This document shows, one piece after another, positions 30,526-39,413 of a DNA stretch of 64,000 nt. The DNA lies in the NCBI GenBank assembly GCA_950072105.1, contig CATMOE010000007.1, positions 1 to 64,000 of the forward strand. The letters run 5' to 3'. Numbering within the stretch: position 1 is the stretch's first letter; every line of letters begins with the position of its first letter. The notes beneath the pieces were generated by a model. That model was not told the DNA's origin. It saw only the letters and a list, made by a program, of their open reading frames with translations, and ran no database searches. The translations under genes were made by a program, and so were the position numbers. This stretch comes from an uncultured Dehalococcoidia bacterium. GTDB taxonomy: Bacteria > Chloroflexota > Dehalococcoidia > Lucifugimonadales > UBA3495.

Positions 30526-30906
30526 GACACTTCTCCTTCTCGCCAGCCTCGGACCAAGGCGTTCTCTAGGTAAGGCACGCCTGCATCTGACGGATTCTAG
30601 CAAGCCTAATCCGATGGGTCAATCATGTGGTTTGCCCGGGGAGGTCACGTCTCCTGCGCCGGAATGACGGTGTTAGGGAATCGGCCGGCTTTCATCAGAA
30701 TTTCAAAGTCTCTGAATACGAAGTGGGACGGAGGGTTGTTCGCACTGGAACGTGATTGTCGACGATGGGTCTGGCTCCCCAAACGTCCTGGTAACGCTAG
30801 GTCTTTGTGGTTGATATAATGCGGGCAAATTCTTCACCGGGTTTCGTTCGCAGGGGATAAGTCCCTGCCTTTTCCCAATGCCAATACACCGTAGGTGGAG
30901 GCGTCC

Positions 30907-32361
30907 ATGGAATCGGTCCTCATCGTCGCGTTTGACGGGCTTCAGCCGGCTCAGGTGATACCTGATCTGATGCCTAACCTATCGTCGCTGGCTGGCAACG
31001 GAGTTACCTTTGCCAACCACCATCCCGTGTTTCCCTCGGTCACCAGGGCCAACGTTGCCAGCCTGGCCACCGGACTTTATCCGGGAGGGCATGGACTGGC
31101 GGCGAACACTTTGATGATGCGCGAATTCGATTCAATCCAGGTCTTTTCAGCATTGGAACCAAAGTTGGCTGAAGTCGCCGCGAAAATTGGGCGGGTGCTG
31201 CTGGCTCCCACCCTGGCGGAGATTCTGTCCCAGAACGGCCAGGAGTACGTTGCGATAGGCGTCGGGACCAACGGCAATGCCTACTTGCAGAACCCCACGG
31301 CGGAGCGTGACGGCGGCGCGACCATCCACCCCGATTTTACCCTTCCCTACGGTCTGAATGAGGATATCACCGCCCGATTCGGACCCTGGCCCGATGAAAC
31401 TAGGCCCAACACTCCTAGAATGGCCCAGGCCGTTAAGATCATGACCGAATATATCCTCCCGGAACGTATCCCTGCTGTTTCGCTGATCTGGTCGTCGGAA
31501 CCGGACAAGTCGCAGCACGACCAGCCGGTGGGTTCCGATCTTTCCAACGCCGCGGTCAAAGAGGCCGATGAACAGTTCGGGATACTGATGGAATGGTTGA
31601 GTCAGTCTGGCCGGGCTGCGGATACCAACGTGATAGTAATATCCGACCACGGTTACTCCACTATCATCACCACGGTAAACGTCGAAGCTTTGGTGCGGGA
31701 GGCCGGCTTCCCTCCGAGTGGTGAGCCCGGCGGCGTGGCGGTTGCCAACAATGGCGGCGCGGCCTTGTTTTACATAACGGACGGGGACCCGGATACCGCC
31801 GAGCGGCTGGCGGTCTGGCTGATGGGCCAGGAATGGTGCGGGACCGTCACCGCGTCGGACGCCGTTGGTGAGATTCCGGGCACTCTGCCGGCGTCGGTGG
31901 TCGGCAACCAGGGGCCCAGAGGACCGGAGATCACGATGTCATTCCGATGGAGCTCGGACCCCAACAGCGCCGGCTACCAAGGAAAGGTATTCTCCACGGG
32001 TGGGGGTCCCGGCCGGGGTCAGCATGGCTCCATGAGCAAGCACGAGATGAACAACGTGATGATCGCCTGGGGTCCCGGTTTCAAACGGGGCATCACCCTG
32101 GATGTTCCCTCGGGTAACATCGACGTGGCCCCCACTATATTGAACTTGCTGGGCCTACCGGTTGGCGATGCCATGGACGGCCGGGTGCTGGCGGAGGCGC
32201 TGGCCGGCGGTCCCGATCCTGAGACCGTTGATTGGTCTGCCGAGCTTTACAACACGGAGCGCCGGCTGAAAGAGAAGGTGTATCGTCAGCAGATCAAGCT
32301 ATCCGTCGTGGGCGGCACCACCTATGTCGACCAGGGCAACAGCACGTTGGGGTGGCGGTGA
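30907..32361 (+). CDS. Alkaline phosphatase superfamily (NPP/phosphonoacetate hydrolase-like)
   Basis: FDGL, PSVTRAN (Thr nucleophile), EPDKSQH, SDHG and QHG motifs. Confidence 0.88.
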   Translation: MESVLIVAFDGLQPAQVIPDLMPNLSSLAGNGVTFANHHPVFPSVTRANVASLATGLYPGGHGLAANTLMMREFDSIQVFSALEPKLAEVAAKIGRVLLAPTLAEILSQNGQEYVAIGVGTNGNAYLQNPTAERDGGATIHPDFTLPYGLNEDITARFGPWPDETRPNTPRMAQAVKIMTEYILPERIPAVSLIWSSEPDKSQHDQPVGSDLSNAAVKEADEQFGILMEWLSQSGRAADTNVIVISDHGYSTIITTVNVEALVREAGFPPSGEPGGVAVANNGGAALFYITDGDPDTAERLAVWLMGQEWCGTVTASDAVGEIPGTLPASVVGNQGPRGPEITMSFRWSSDPNSAGYQGKVFSTGGGPGRGQHGSMSKHEMNNVMIAWGPGFKRGITLDVPSGNIDVAPTILNLLGLPVGDAMDGRVLAEALAGGPDPETVDWSAELYNTERRLKEKVYRQQIKLSVVGGTTYVDQGNSTLGWR

Positions 32362-32423
32362 GTTGTATCGCGGGATGTTACCATTGGGCGCCGGATTATC
32401 CTGTCAAAAGATAAGGAGTAGAA

Positions 32424-32954
32424 ATGGCTGCAAGCGATGTGATTAAAACTTCTCTGGAACGTAACTGGGGGATGGTGGACCGGGCGGTGGACGGTTTGGA
32501 CGATGCCATGTTGGGCCGCCTGATAGACGGCCAAGTCAACTCTATCTCCTGGTTACTCTGGCACATGACCCGCGTGGTAGACGTATTCATCCAGACACGG
32601 CTTCAAGGCAAACCCCAACTGTGGTCCCAAGACGGGTGGTGCGAGAAGTGCGGCCTGAGTGAAGATCCGGAAACCACCGGACAGGGCTGGTCGGCTGAGC
32701 AAGTCGCCGCTTGGAAGGTGCCTTCTCGGGTGGTTCTTTTGGGGTATTTCGAGGCAACTAAAGCCGAAGCCAGGAAATATCTGGACGGCCTGTCCGATGC
32801 CGACCTGAACGCAACCCGCATCGTGCCCCCGGCCACCGAGCCGCGGTCTGTGTCCGAAATGCTGGGCATCCTGGTCTTCGACAACGTGACCCACGGGGGC
32901 CAGATCGCCTTCCTCCGGGGCTATTTCGAGGGGAGGGGCTGGTTTGTCCCGTGA
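32424..32954 (+). CDS. DinB superfamily protein
   Basis: NSISWLLWHM and THGGQIAFLRG motifs; AGGAG RBS. Confidence 0.88.
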   Translation: MAASDVIKTSLERNWGMVDRAVDGLDDAMLGRLIDGQVNSISWLLWHMTRVVDVFIQTRLQGKPQLWSQDGWCEKCGLSEDPETTGQGWSAEQVAAWKVPSRVVLLGYFEATKAEARKYLDGLSDADLNATRIVPPATEPRSVSEMLGILVFDNVTHGGQIAFLRGYFEGRGWFVP

Positions 32955-33061
32955 TTCCCGCGCCGCCGCGACGGATTCGTCCACCAGATCCCACGCTTTT
33001 TCAATCTTGGGCAACGCAAAGGGCCTGATACAGCATCCAGTTAATTGTGATGAATGCAAAT

Positions 33062-33114
33062 CACCCCCCTCTCTAACTCTCCCCCTTTACGGGGGAGAGT
33101 TAGAGAGGGGGGTG
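33062..33114. repeat. Perfect 24-bp-arm palindrome, family E
   Basis: CACCCCCCTCTCTAACTCTCCCCC-TTTAC-GGGGGAGAGTTAGAGAGGGGGGTG. Confidence 0.82.
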
Positions 33115-33153
33115 CCGGCCCGTGCATCAAAATCATCTATAAATGGTATTAGT

Positions 33154-34839
33154 TTGACATCAAGACAAGGCCCCCCGGACATCGTGTTGCACAACGGCAA
33201 AGTGCTCACGGCGGCCGCCGATGGCGTGGCCCACCAAGCCTTGTCAGTCAGCGGAGACTCGATACAAGCCGTGGGCAGCGACCGGGACATGCTTGCCTTA
33301 TCGGGCGCTGGGACCGAAGCTATCGACCTCCGGGGACGCACCGTTATTCCCGGCATCATCGACATCCATGCCCACATGGACCGGGAAGGTTTGAAAAGGG
33401 CCTGTCCGTCTCTGGAGGGTCTCCGGTCGATCGACGATATTCTCGCGGCCATCAAGCGATTGGTGGACCAAACGTCCCCCGGTGAGTGGGTGGTCACCAT
33501 GCCGGTGGGCGACCCTCCAAGCTACGTGGACGTTCCCCAGATTCTTCAGGAGGGCCGTTATCCCAACCGCTGGGAGTTAGACCGGGTCTCACCTCAAAAC
33601 CCAGTGTACATCCGGGGGATCTGGACACCGTGGAACGTGCCGCCGTCGGTTGCCGTGGCCAATAGCCTGGCTTTGCGATTGGCTGGGATCGACCGGGATA
33701 CTCCTTCGCCAGACCCCAGTGTGACCATCGGCCGGGACGCCCAAGGTGAGCCCACCGGCATCTTAATCGACACCGCCAGGTTTCCGTCCCTGGAATTCAC
33801 GCTGATGAAGGTCGTGCCCCGGTTCACCCACGCCGAGCGGGTAATAGCCCTGAAAGAGTCCATGACCCTCTACAACTCCGTGGGCGCCACCGGGACTTAC
33901 GAGGGGCATGGCGTGGCCCCGGAAGTGCTACGGGCCTACAAGGAGTTGTGGGATGAGGGGCGGATGACCGTGCGCTCCCACATGGTGTTGAGCCCGGCTT
34001 GGCGATCAGTTAAAGAAGCGGCCCAGGAGATGGACCGGTGGGGCCATTCGGCGTCGGGCGCCGGGTACGGCGACGATATGTTGCGCATCAGCGGCTATTA
34101 CATCCAGTACCGTGGCAGCCGCTACACCTCCCGGGCACGCTCCGCCGAGCTTCCCTTCACCGGTTGGGCCGGGTTCGCCCAGGGTTACAATCCACCCGGG
34201 CGCTTCCGCCGTTTGGTAAGATTGGCCGCCCAGCACAACCTGAGGGTAAATACGATCGTGCGGGACAACCTGGACGAGGTGCTGAGCATCTTCGAGGAGG
34301 TCCATCGGGACATGCCCATCGACGGCCGGCGGTGGATTCTGGCCCACATCCGGGAGACAACGGGCCGCCAATTGGACCGGATCAAGGCGATGGGGTTGGT
34401 TCTGGAGACCATACCGCTGACCGAGCTGTGGCTGCGAGGCGGGCCGTTGGTCGATGATCCCCAGGCGGCCTCTGTGGCCGTTCCCCACCAGACCTATCTG
34501 GAGCGAGGCGTGCCTTTCGGATTCGGCACCGACAATAAGCCCTACAATCCCTTTATGACCCTCTGGTCGGCGGTGACCCGCCAGGAGCGCCACACCGGCA
34601 AGGAGTTGGCTCCGGAGCAACGTCTTAGCCGCTTGGAGGCCCTGAAGGCTTTTACTTTGGGCGGGGCCTACTTCACCTTCGACGAGGACCGGCGAGGGTC
34701 CCTGGAGCCGGGCAAGCTGGCCGACTTGGCGGTGCTCTCCGACGACCTATTAACCGTTCCCGAAGACGACATTCCCAACCTGCACTCTCTGCTCACCATG
34801 GTCGGTGGCCGGGTGGTGTACCAGAACGGGGAACTTTAG
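33154..34839 (+). CDS. Amidohydrolase_3 (YtcJ-like) protein; start probably the TTG at 33154
   Basis: DLRGRTVIPGIIDIHAH, NSLAL, GEPTG and GSLEPGKLADLAVL motifs; the longer ORF reads through a repeat. Confidence 0.88.
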   Translation: MTSRQGPPDIVLHNGKVLTAAADGVAHQALSVSGDSIQAVGSDRDMLALSGAGTEAIDLRGRTVIPGIIDIHAHMDREGLKRACPSLEGLRSIDDILAAIKRLVDQTSPGEWVVTMPVGDPPSYVDVPQILQEGRYPNRWELDRVSPQNPVYIRGIWTPWNVPPSVAVANSLALRLAGIDRDTPSPDPSVTIGRDAQGEPTGILIDTARFPSLEFTLMKVVPRFTHAERVIALKESMTLYNSVGATGTYEGHGVAPEVLRAYKELWDEGRMTVRSHMVLSPAWRSVKEAAQEMDRWGHSASGAGYGDDMLRISGYYIQYRGSRYTSRARSAELPFTGWAGFAQGYNPPGRFRRLVRLAAQHNLRVNTIVRDNLDEVLSIFEEVHRDMPIDGRRWILAHIRETTGRQLDRIKAMGLVLETIPLTELWLRGGPLVDDPQAASVAVPHQTYLERGVPFGFGTDNKPYNPFMTLWSAVTRQERHTGKELAPEQRLSRLEALKAFTLGGAYFTFDEDRRGSLEPGKLADLAVLSDDLLTVPEDDIPNLHSLLTMVGGRVVYQNGEL

Positions 34840-35114
34840 CCTCGGCGCCACCCATTCGTCAGGGGCGCGGATTACCAGCGCCGGATCTCCCGAATACTCG
34901 ACCGCCGGATCCGTCATGCTGCCCTATACCCATCGCCCTATGCCGGGGTGCCAGCAGGACTGCTGTTGGAGCACTCGCTTTTCCACCGAGCCTCCCCATG
35001 CCGAGACAGCTTCTCTCGGACTGCTGCTAGGGAAGCTTAAGTGAATCTTAAATACGTGGTGGCCGGACGTAACATTGTTTGGTAAACTGCCACACATCCT
35101 AAAGGAGGACAGCG

Positions 35115-35471
35115 ATGAATCCCGGCATTACATGTCCTAACTGTCTTTCTGAGATTCAAGAGAAGAGCGAATTCTGCTCCCAGTGGGGTCACCGGTTGGC
35201 CGCTCAAAAAGGGGGCGGCATTGTCTGGTACTGGCTGGGTATTTTGGTGGTTGTTTGCTGTGCGATCGCGTGGGTGTTTCTCCTTCTAGGCATAGCTGAT
35301 GATAGAGAAGGTTGGGCTGATGCCATCTTGGGTGGTGTGATAATTTCCGTGATCCCTTTGGCGTTGGGCATCTTCTTAATCAAGAAACGGCGGAAAGGAC
35401 CAAGCCATAGCGCCGATTCCGGGGATGGGGCATATTATCAAAACCCAGAGGATGATAGGAGATACCGGTAG
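35115..35471 (+). CDS. Small membrane protein with a degenerate zinc ribbon (CxxC...CxxW)
   Basis: AGGAGG RBS; CPNC...FCSQWGH followed by two hydrophobic helices. Confidence 0.7.
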   Translation: MNPGITCPNCLSEIQEKSEFCSQWGHRLAAQKGGGIVWYWLGILVVVCCAIAWVFLLLGIADDREGWADAILGGVIISVIPLALGIFLIKKRRKGPSHSADSGDGAYYQNPEDDRRYR

Positions 35472-35578
35472 CGGACATTGCGATGTTGGGATTGGCCGCG
35501 TTGCTTAGTCGCCGGAAATTTCTAACCGGCAGATCATTCGAATTGTCCCGGTGCCCGAATGCGCCGATCGAATATCGG

Positions 35579-36664
35579 TTAAAAAACCACCACGGACCTG
35601 AGCACTTCTCCCCGCTCCATCTTGTGGAAGGCGTCTTCCACGCCATCTAGCGGGATCGTCTCGGAAACGAATTTTTCCAGGTCCAGGCGGCCCTGTAGGT
35701 ACAGGTCGATGTACATGGGGAAGTCACGGCTGGGCAGGCAGTCGCCGTACCAGGAAGACTTGAGGGAGCCGCCCCGTCCGAAAAGCTCGATCAGGGGCAG
35801 TTCGATCTTCATGTCAGGGCTGGGCACGCCCACCTGCACTAGCGTGCCGGCGTGGTCGCGGGCGTAAAAGGCCTGCTCGTATGTTTTCGGGCTGCCCACC
35901 GCCTCAATGGCCACATTGACGCCGTTGCCTCCGGTGAGCTTGCGTATGGCCTCCACCGGGTCGGTCTGGGAGGCATTGATGGTGTGGGTCGCGCCGAATT
36001 CCTTGGCCCACTCAAGCTTACGGTCGTCGATGTCCACCCCGATGATGGTGTGGGCTCCGGCCAGACGGGCTCCGGCGATGGCGGCGTCGCCAACACCCCC
36101 GCAGCCGAATACCGCCACCGAATCGCCCCTGGTGACATCGCCGGTGTTGATGGCGGCTCCCAGTCCGGCCATGATGCCGCATCCCACAAGCCCAGCAGCT
36201 TGGGGGCTGGCATCGGCGTTAACTTTCACCGCCTGCCCCGCGTCCACCAGTGTCAACTCGGCGAAAGCGCCGATGCCCAGAGCCGGCGACAAGGGCGTCC
36301 CGTCGGCCAGGGTCATGGGTTGTTGGGCGTTGCGGCTGGCGAAACAGTACCAGGGTCGGCCGCGCAGGCAGGACCGGCAGGTCCCGCATGGGGAGCGCCA
36401 GGCGATGATTACGAAGTCTCCCGGCGCAACGTTGTTCACGCCGTCCCCCACGCTCTCCACCGTGCCCGATGCTTCGTGTCCCAGCAGGAAGGGAAACTCG
36501 TTGTTTATCGCTCCTTCCCGGTAGTGCAAGTCGGTGTGGCAGACGCCACAGGCTTTGACGCGGATCAAGGCCTCACCGGGACCCGGATCGGGCACCAGGA
36601 TGTCTTGCAGCTTCACTGTTGCGCCTTTGGCGCCGGCGATGATTCCTCTGACCTGGTGGGGCAT
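35579..36664 (-). CDS. mscR: S-(hydroxymethyl)mycothiol dehydrogenase-like Zn-dependent alcohol dehydrogenase
   Basis: [26 protein letters not shown], structural Zn cysteines, [20 protein letters not shown] and VLRSVV, typical of the actinobacterial MscR family. Confidence 0.85.
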   Translation of the reverse strand: MPHQVRGIIAGAKGATVKLQDILVPDPGPGEALIRVKACGVCHTDLHYREGAINNEFPFLLGHEASGTVESVGDGVNNVAPGDFVIIAWRSPCGTCRSCLRGRPWYCFASRNAQQPMTLADGTPLSPALGIGAFAELTLVDAGQAVKVNADASPQAAGLVGCGIMAGLGAAINTGDVTRGDSVAVFGCGGVGDAAIAGARLAGAHTIIGVDIDDRKLEWAKEFGATHTINASQTDPVEAIRKLTGGNGVNVAIEAVGSPKTYEQAFYARDHAGTLVQVGVPSPDMKIELPLIELFGRGGSLKSSWYGDCLPSRDFPMYIDLYLQGRLDLEKFVSETIPLDGVEDAFHKMERGEVLRSVVVF

Positions 36665-36755
36665 TTCTTAGCTCCTTACGCCTTTGGATGTTGGACCGAA
36701 GGACCCGTTTCCTCACTCCCCAGTGACCGGAAACTTCGCCCTTCTACGATCGGCG

Positions 36756-37370
36756 TTAAGTGGGATGCTGCCAGCTCTTTCCCCAGCCGCCGTCAAAGGC
36801 CACCTCTTCCAGCGCCTTGCGCCTGGTGGGGCCGTATCCCACGCCTTCGGCCGGAAACCCGATGGGCAAAAGGGCAGCTGTAGCTACGCCTTCCGGGATA
36901 TTGAGCAATCGTTTGATCTCTTCTTCAAACCTCATCTGCCGGGTAGTCAAACAACTGCCAAGCCCCATCCCCCGCGCCGCCAATAATATGTTCTGGACAG
37001 CGGGATAGATGGATGCAGCCGAAAAGGTGCCGTTGTCGTTAGCTTCTATGCAGGCAAGGATGAACACGGGGACCTCTTCCATGTGGTCTTCCAGGTATTG
37101 AGCGGCCCCATAGACCCGCCGCGCCTGACCGGTCATGTCCGGCGTGATCGAGAATCCATCCCCCGATCGATAAAGTTCTCCGATCTTGTCCTTGGTCTCC
37201 TGGTCTCGAATGACGATGAAGCTCCAACCTTGCCGTGCCCCGCCTGACGGAGCCTTGATGGCGGCCTGCAGCAAGCGGGTGATGAGTTCGTCAGGGACCG
37301 GGTCGGATTTGAACCGGCGTATGGCTCGTTGCGAGTCGATGGCTTCGAACAGGTCGATGCTCTGAGTCAT
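36756..37370 (-). CDS. Nitroreductase family protein
   Basis: RAIRRF, KAPSGG.RQ.W, ASIYPAVQNILLAARGMGLG and PIGFP motifs. Confidence 0.92.
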   Translation of the reverse strand: MTQSIDLFEAIDSQRAIRRFKSDPVPDELITRLLQAAIKAPSGGARQGWSFIVIRDQETKDKIGELYRSGDGFSITPDMTGQARRVYGAAQYLEDHMEEVPVFILACIEANDNGTFSAASIYPAVQNILLAARGMGLGSCLTTRQMRFEEEIKRLLNIPEGVATAALLPIGFPAEGVGYGPTRRKALEEVAFDGGWGKSWQHPT

Positions 37371-37383
37371 TCGCTTCTCCTCA

Positions 37384-37968
37384 CTACCTAGGTCCTATTT
37401 CCGCCTGCAAGTCGCTGATCACTTTGTCCCGGGTGCGCGGGTTCCAGCGGATCCGCTGGTTGATGGGCACGTTCTCCACTTCCGGATGGATCTTCAGGGC
37501 TACGAACACCGGGCCGGGCGCGTTCAAGATCGCCTCGATGTTATTGGTGAAGTCCTCCAGATTGTCGAAAGAAAAGGTCGAGGGATAGCCGGAGCCTTTG
37601 GCGATGACGTCATAGGCGATGTTTTGGGCGTTGGGCACCGGCTGGCCGCCGGTAGTGGCGTAGACCCCGTTATCCAGCATGAAGTGGTAGAAATTCGGTG
37701 GGGCCTTCTCGGCGATGGTGGGCAACGCGCCCATGTTCATCAGAATGTCGCCTTCCGAGTCGAAAAGAATCACCTTTTCGTTGGGCCGGGCCAGGGCGAA
37801 ACCCAACCCAAAGGAGCCATGGCCGCCCATTGCCGGGTCGCCCAAGGGCACGTCACGTTCCGGTTTGTCGCTGATGGTGTGCCAATGGCGTCCGCCTCTG
37901 CCGGGGATAACTATTGCGTTGCCCCGGTATTTGGCGAAGACCTTGAGCATATCCTCTGTGTGAATCAT
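37384..37968 (-). CDS. ThDP-dependent decarboxylase beta subunit (ComE/phosphonopyruvate decarboxylase-like)
   Basis: AMGG..S.GLG.ALARP, DSEGDILMNMG and LDNGVYATTGGQP motifs. Confidence 0.85.
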   Translation of the reverse strand: MIHTEDMLKVFAKYRGNAIVIPGRGGRHWHTISDKPERDVPLGDPAMGGHGSFGLGFALARPNEKVILFDSEGDILMNMGALPTIAEKAPPNFYHFMLDNGVYATTGGQPVPNAQNIAYDVIAKGSGYPSTFSFDNLEDFTNNIEAILNAPGPVFVALKIHPEVENVPINQRIRWNPRTRDKVISDLQAEIGPR

Positions 37969-38035
37969 CTGGTGTCTCCTAAATTTTCACGTTAACGGCC
38001 TATAGCAGCCGGGTTATCTCGTCTGCGGAGTCTAA

Positions 38036-38551
38036 TCAGCGGTTGAAACCGTGGAACTCGTCTCCGACCAGGACCGCCACGGGGCCTTGCGCTTTCTCTG
38101 CTTCCTCGAAGGCCCGGGTGATCCGGCTCGCGTCGTCGTTGTTCTCAATCAAGTAGTACTTGATGTTGTAGGCGTTCAAGAAGGGTTCGGTGTAGGTTGC
38201 GGCGGTGTCGGTGTTGTCGCCGTGGCGGGTATATCCCCGGTAACCGACCATCAACACCACCGGGATGTGCATACCCATAGTCCAACCGCGCATCGAGTCT
38301 CCCGACTCCTGCAACCCGGTATTCTGGATCAGGATCACGGGTTTTGCTCCGCCCACCGCCAGACCGGCAGCGGTGGAGAATGCTTGGCCTTCCCGGCTCA
38401 CGGTGATCAGATCTAGGGTTGGTTCCGCCTGCATCAGCAGGTACAGCCAGTTGGTCTCGCTGTCGGGCAGCCAAACCACGTGGGTAACCCCGTTCTTCTT
38501 CAGTTCTTCTAAGACCGTTTCCGGGCTAAGCTCTGCCGCTTGTTGGGTCAT
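38036..38551 (-). CDS. ThDP-dependent decarboxylase alpha subunit (ComD-like)
   Basis: WLPDS, SREG, IQNTG, GYRG and TEP motifs. Confidence 0.85.
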   Translation of the reverse strand: MTQQAAELSPETVLEELKKNGVTHVVWLPDSETNWLYLLMQAEPTLDLITVSREGQAFSTAAGLAVGGAKPVILIQNTGLQESGDSMRGWTMGMHIPVVLMVGYRGYTRHGDNTDTAATYTEPFLNAYNIKYYLIENNDDASRITRAFEEAEKAQGPVAVLVGDEFHGFNR

Positions 38552-38747
38552 TTCAGTCACCTCTCGTGGCACACTCAAGTCGTGTGCTGTCAGCTAGCAA
38601 ACAGCCATGATTATATCCCTAGCCGGGGACAGAGCATAGTGATACCGGACGATAGAGCCGAACGGCAGACGCCACGGCCCGGCCTTCACGCCTGATTTCT
38701 GGTAGCATGTTTACCCAACGATGCTAGTATGGGAGAGTGAAGCGCGC

Positions 38748-39236
38748 ATGCCTCCACCGGAGCGATACAACACTGGATACAACCTCGGCGTGGGCGGCGC
38801 GGTGGTGCGGGACGGACGTCTGCTGTTGGTGCGCCGCCTGTCACGGCGGGGCCACGGCAACTGGCAGGTACCCGGTGGGTTCGTCGAGCAGGACGAGACG
38901 ATCGAGGTCGCGGTGGTGCGTGAGGTGGAGGAGGAGGCCGGGGTCACTGCCGAAGTGCGGGGCGTGTTGGGCATCAGGAACCGTTACGACGAGGACGGCG
39001 GCAACAGCATATACGTGGTCATGTTGCTGAACGCTCTAAGCGGCGAGCCCAACCCCGACATGACTGAAGTGGACCGGGCCGAGTTTTTCACCTTGGATGA
39101 AATTCTGGCTATCGAGCAGATCGGGGCGATCAATGTGGAGGTCGCCAAACAAGCCCTGTCAGCCGGCCACCGCATATTGTGTCCGCAGACGATTGAGCAG
39201 GTGGGACGGGGGACTTATACATTGTTTCTGGGGTAA
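38748..39236 (+). CDS. NUDIX hydrolase
   Basis: Complete Nudix box GGFVEQDETIEVAVVREVEEEAGV. Confidence 0.93.
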   Translation: MPPPERYNTGYNLGVGGAVVRDGRLLLVRRLSRRGHGNWQVPGGFVEQDETIEVAVVREVEEEAGVTAEVRGVLGIRNRYDEDGGNSIYVVMLLNALSGEPNPDMTEVDRAEFFTLDEILAIEQIGAINVEVAKQALSAGHRILCPQTIEQVGRGTYTLFLG

Positions 39237-39243
39237 AGAGAGA

Positions 39244-39282
39244 CGAAAGCCCCCCAACCCCCCTTTACGAAAAGGAGGCTTT
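39244..39282. repeat. REP-like palindrome, family A
   Basis: CGAAAG-C-run-AA-C-run-TTTACGAAAAGGAGGCTTT, similar to 55493 and to the reverse complement of 2629. Confidence 0.72.
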
Positions 39283-39308
39283 CCGGTGTGTCTAGCACTG
39301 CGGTTGGT

Positions 39309-39337
39309 TTGACGCCGTGGCATGGTGCTGATACACT
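39309..39337 (+). promoter_or_regulatory. Sigma70-like promoter upstream of aconitase
   Basis: TTGACG-N17-TACACT. Confidence 0.55.
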
Positions 39338-39413
39338 CGCCGATGTCCCTGTTGTGCCTTTTATTCAGGCTCAACACGCTTAATTTCAATTCATTTGACA
39401 CGGGAGAATTGCT

